From Callorhinchus milii (Eukaryota), in the NCBI RefSeq assembly GCF_018977255.1, contig NW_024704742.1, forward strand, positions 62,560,001-62,624,000: a stretch of 64,000 nucleotides of DNA, given 5' to 3'. Positions 61,326 to 64,000 of this stretch are shown here, piece after piece. Both the position numbers and the translations under genes were made by a program. Below the pieces are notes generated by a model. It had not been told where the DNA came from. It did no database searches and saw only the letters and a program-made list of their open reading frames with translations. The first letter of the stretch is position 1; every line of letters starts with the position of its first letter.

Positions 61326-61509
61326 CTGTAATAAAGAGTATGATCACCAGAGTGTGCTAAGCAAATTAGTATGGGATGCTCTCATTGGATTTGATTCATT
61401 TTGTAAAGCGCTTCGAGCTCTACCTTCAAAAAATAAAATTGGTCAGTCACTCTGTGTCTTTTTGAAGGACTTTGGTGTGCACAAACTGGCTGCCATGTTT
61501 TTCCCACAA

Positions 61510-61888
61510 AATAATAATAGTGATAATAATAATAATCCTTGCGATTCATATAGAGCCATATTATCACGTCATTGAGATGTCTCAAAGTGCTTCACAGAGT
61601 ATTCTGTAAAATTAATTGAATGTGTATTTTGTGGGTGATGGCAGTAATCAAATTGCGCAGAGCAGTGTCATGGATTGAGTTGACAAATTGTAATTTTTTT
61701 TTAAGGGATTATTACCCCCGGAAAGCAATCTACCAATTGACCAACAACCGGGTTCCTACTTTCTGCTAGGTAAACAGAGCCATTTGCAGTTAGTTTGCAG
61801 TTACCTAAGGTTTTGCCCTGCCCGGGAATCAAACCCGTTCCTCTCGCTTGCATGGCGAGGGTTCTAACCGATACGCTCCAGGATTCCA
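61510..61888 (-). mobile_element. SINE family A, long subfamily
   Basis: Head, internal module, core and tail on the minus strand. Confidence 0.82.
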
Positions 61889-62577
61889 AAAAATGCACAG
61901 TCAAAACCACAGTATGAAACAACATGATAAGGTGCTATATCAAATGCAAGGTTTATTATTATCTTTCGATATAATAAGTCGCTTTATTAAAACGTCAGTA
62001 TACTAAAAGTATTATTATTATAATCAAACTTGCTCTTGTACTGGCACTGTTGCTAGCAGTTAGATCCTAGTTAGAGATCTGAGGTGTAAAAACTAACCAT
62101 TGTTGACGTTTATCGTAACTTACATACAAAATTCAACTTATACTTTGAACAGAGGTCTCATCTCCCTGTTCAAGTGGTGTCACGCTGCACTCTTCAAAAA
62201 CAGAAGAGATTTTCTCCTGGTTCCTGGCCGCAAACAAATAGAATAGGTCATTCATTTTATGGCTGTTTGTGGACCAATGTTATGCTTAAATTGAATGCTG
62301 TGTTTGTCTATAATATACAGCGACTACACCTCACAGTAAATCCTGTGAAGAACTTTGAGATTTCCTATTAATAAAAAAAGTCCTAGGATTATTATTATAT
62401 TACATAACTTAATGTTGCTGAAAAATAAAGACACTTTAGGAATACAATAGCTCTTAAACAACAACTTGTACTTATATAGTGCACTTCACGCTGGATTCTC
62501 AGGTATTGAGACATCTCACAGTGCTTNAAAAACCCTCTATATACGTACAAAATTTCGCTCACAAAATTGACTTTACA

Positions 62578-62870
62578 TTAATAATAATAATAATTCTTGC
62601 ATTTGATATAGCGCTTTTCACATCTTCTAGACCTCTCAAAGTGCTTCACAGAATATACTGTAAAGTGAATTGACTGTATATTTGTGGGCGAACGCGACAG
62701 CCAATTGCGCACAGCAGTGTCCCACAAACAGTCGTAGATTGAAAATGACCAATTTATTATTATTTTTGTTTTGATTACATTACACATTATAATCTGTGAA
62801 GCACTTTGAGATGTCTCGAAGATGTGATAAGGCACTTTATAAAACCCTAGGATTATTATTATTATAATAA
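62578..62870. mobile_element. SINE-A 3' half (62578-62770 -) followed by an opposite-strand SINE tail (62790-62870 +)
   Basis: Deu core and tails in divergent orientation. Confidence 0.8.
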
Positions 62871-64000
62871 TGTACCACTGTTCTGATCTCAAAAAGATGC
62901 TGCACAATCATTTGTAATCTCTAGTCTGTAGTGCAAGCAGAAAAGGTAAAAGCACAGTGATAACATGGTATGGTCAGTAATTTTGTGTGGAGGCTAGGAA
63001 ATGTACTTGAACTGGCTGATAAAATATTTTTAATGGTTAATCTTGTCAAATAGTTAAGCAATTGTGACAAATAATGCCCATCAATTTGACTGAACCTCAG
63101 TGAAATTGTGGCACTAGTAAATATGTGCAGGCCAATTAAAAAATGTTCTTTGAACACTTCATCTCAGTCCTCCAGATGGAAACTCGTCCTTCACAATTTT
63201 ACCCTGAACCTTCTTGTCCTTCCATCTTGAAGTTTACAGTACACTACAATTTAAACGTCATTTGGATCCAAAATAGACAATTTCACAAAGCCGATCGAAG
63301 CTCAAACCACCTCGGGACTAGAACCATAAAAACATAGTAATATACAGCACAGTAGAAAGCCATTTGGTCCATTGTATCTGTGCTGGCTCTTTTAAAGACA
63401 ATCCTTTCAGTCCCATTTACCTACGTTTTCCCCATACCCCTTTAGCTTATTCCTTTTTAGGTCTATCTTGTTCCCTTTTGAAAGCTAACATGGATTCTGC
63501 TTCAACCATTGCTCCTGGCAGAGTATTCCATATTCTAACCACTTTTGTGGAATATCAGCAATGAGAAAACAACCACAGTGGCAATGAGCATAGTGAACAG
63601 GCTGTATACCTTTTCCATTCCAGGCATTAAGGTGGCTATCTCATTCTATACTCCAAACACATGATTGCCTCCATAAAACAGTTAGGAATTGATCACCTCT
63701 ACAAATTTACCAGGCACAAAGGATAATAAGAAACACGGGAACGTAAGAAAATAGGAACAGGAGGAGGTCAATCAGCCCACTGAGCCTATTCCATCTGTTT
63801 GTTGGATTTTGGCAGATTTTTTAATCCAAATGCCCTGTCCTTTTGCTATACCCAAGAATACCTCAAGATAAATATCTACTTTCAAACTTGATGTGTTGCC
63901 TCCATTTCTAGTGAAGTGCCCAGATACAAATATAGAAGCAGTACCTGTAAAGCACTTTGAGGCATTTTGTCATTATAGGCATTAAATCAAATACAAGGAT

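Noticed and set aside
1..64000. Recurrent ~40-bp palindromic motif (agcgcttt...aaagcgct) as a CRISPR-like array
   Set aside because: The copies are dispersed on both strands as SINE/L2 3' ends, with no regular spacers and no cas genes, in a vertebrate intron.

Overview
Repeat-rich vertebrate genomic DNA, most likely from a cartilaginous fish (chimaera-like SINE, L2 and CR1 families; this is an inference). The whole window lies inside one minus-strand gene, GALNTL6 (polypeptide N-acetylgalactosaminyltransferase-like 6). Two consecutive coding exons are visible: 61187-61325 (139 bp, absent from the ORF track) and 52328-52494 (167 bp). They have canonical AG/GT ends, join in frame across an 8.7-kb intron, and are followed by an intron of more than 52 kb that runs off the left end. 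The introns contain two tRNA-derived Deu-domain SINE families, many 5'-truncated L2 LINEs, one near-full-length decayed CR1 LINE with a candidate 9-bp TSD, older CR1 fragments, non-autonomous TIR elements and a CA-rich tract. Almost all other ORF-track entries are repeat-derived or spurious. I found no new protein-coding system. The most unusual signals are: (i) three short (65-98 bp) locally templated duplications of different ages within about 12 kb, one of which copies the GALNTL6 exon/donor junction into an old CR1; (ii) a TIR element with an atypically long (13-17 bp) target duplication; (iii) a covarying 3' stem-loop shared by the L2 and its partner SINEs; (iv) an unclassified A-tailed repeat family; (v) two isolated near-perfect hairpins. 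Repeat boundaries were read by eye and are approximate unless a TSD or TIR is given.
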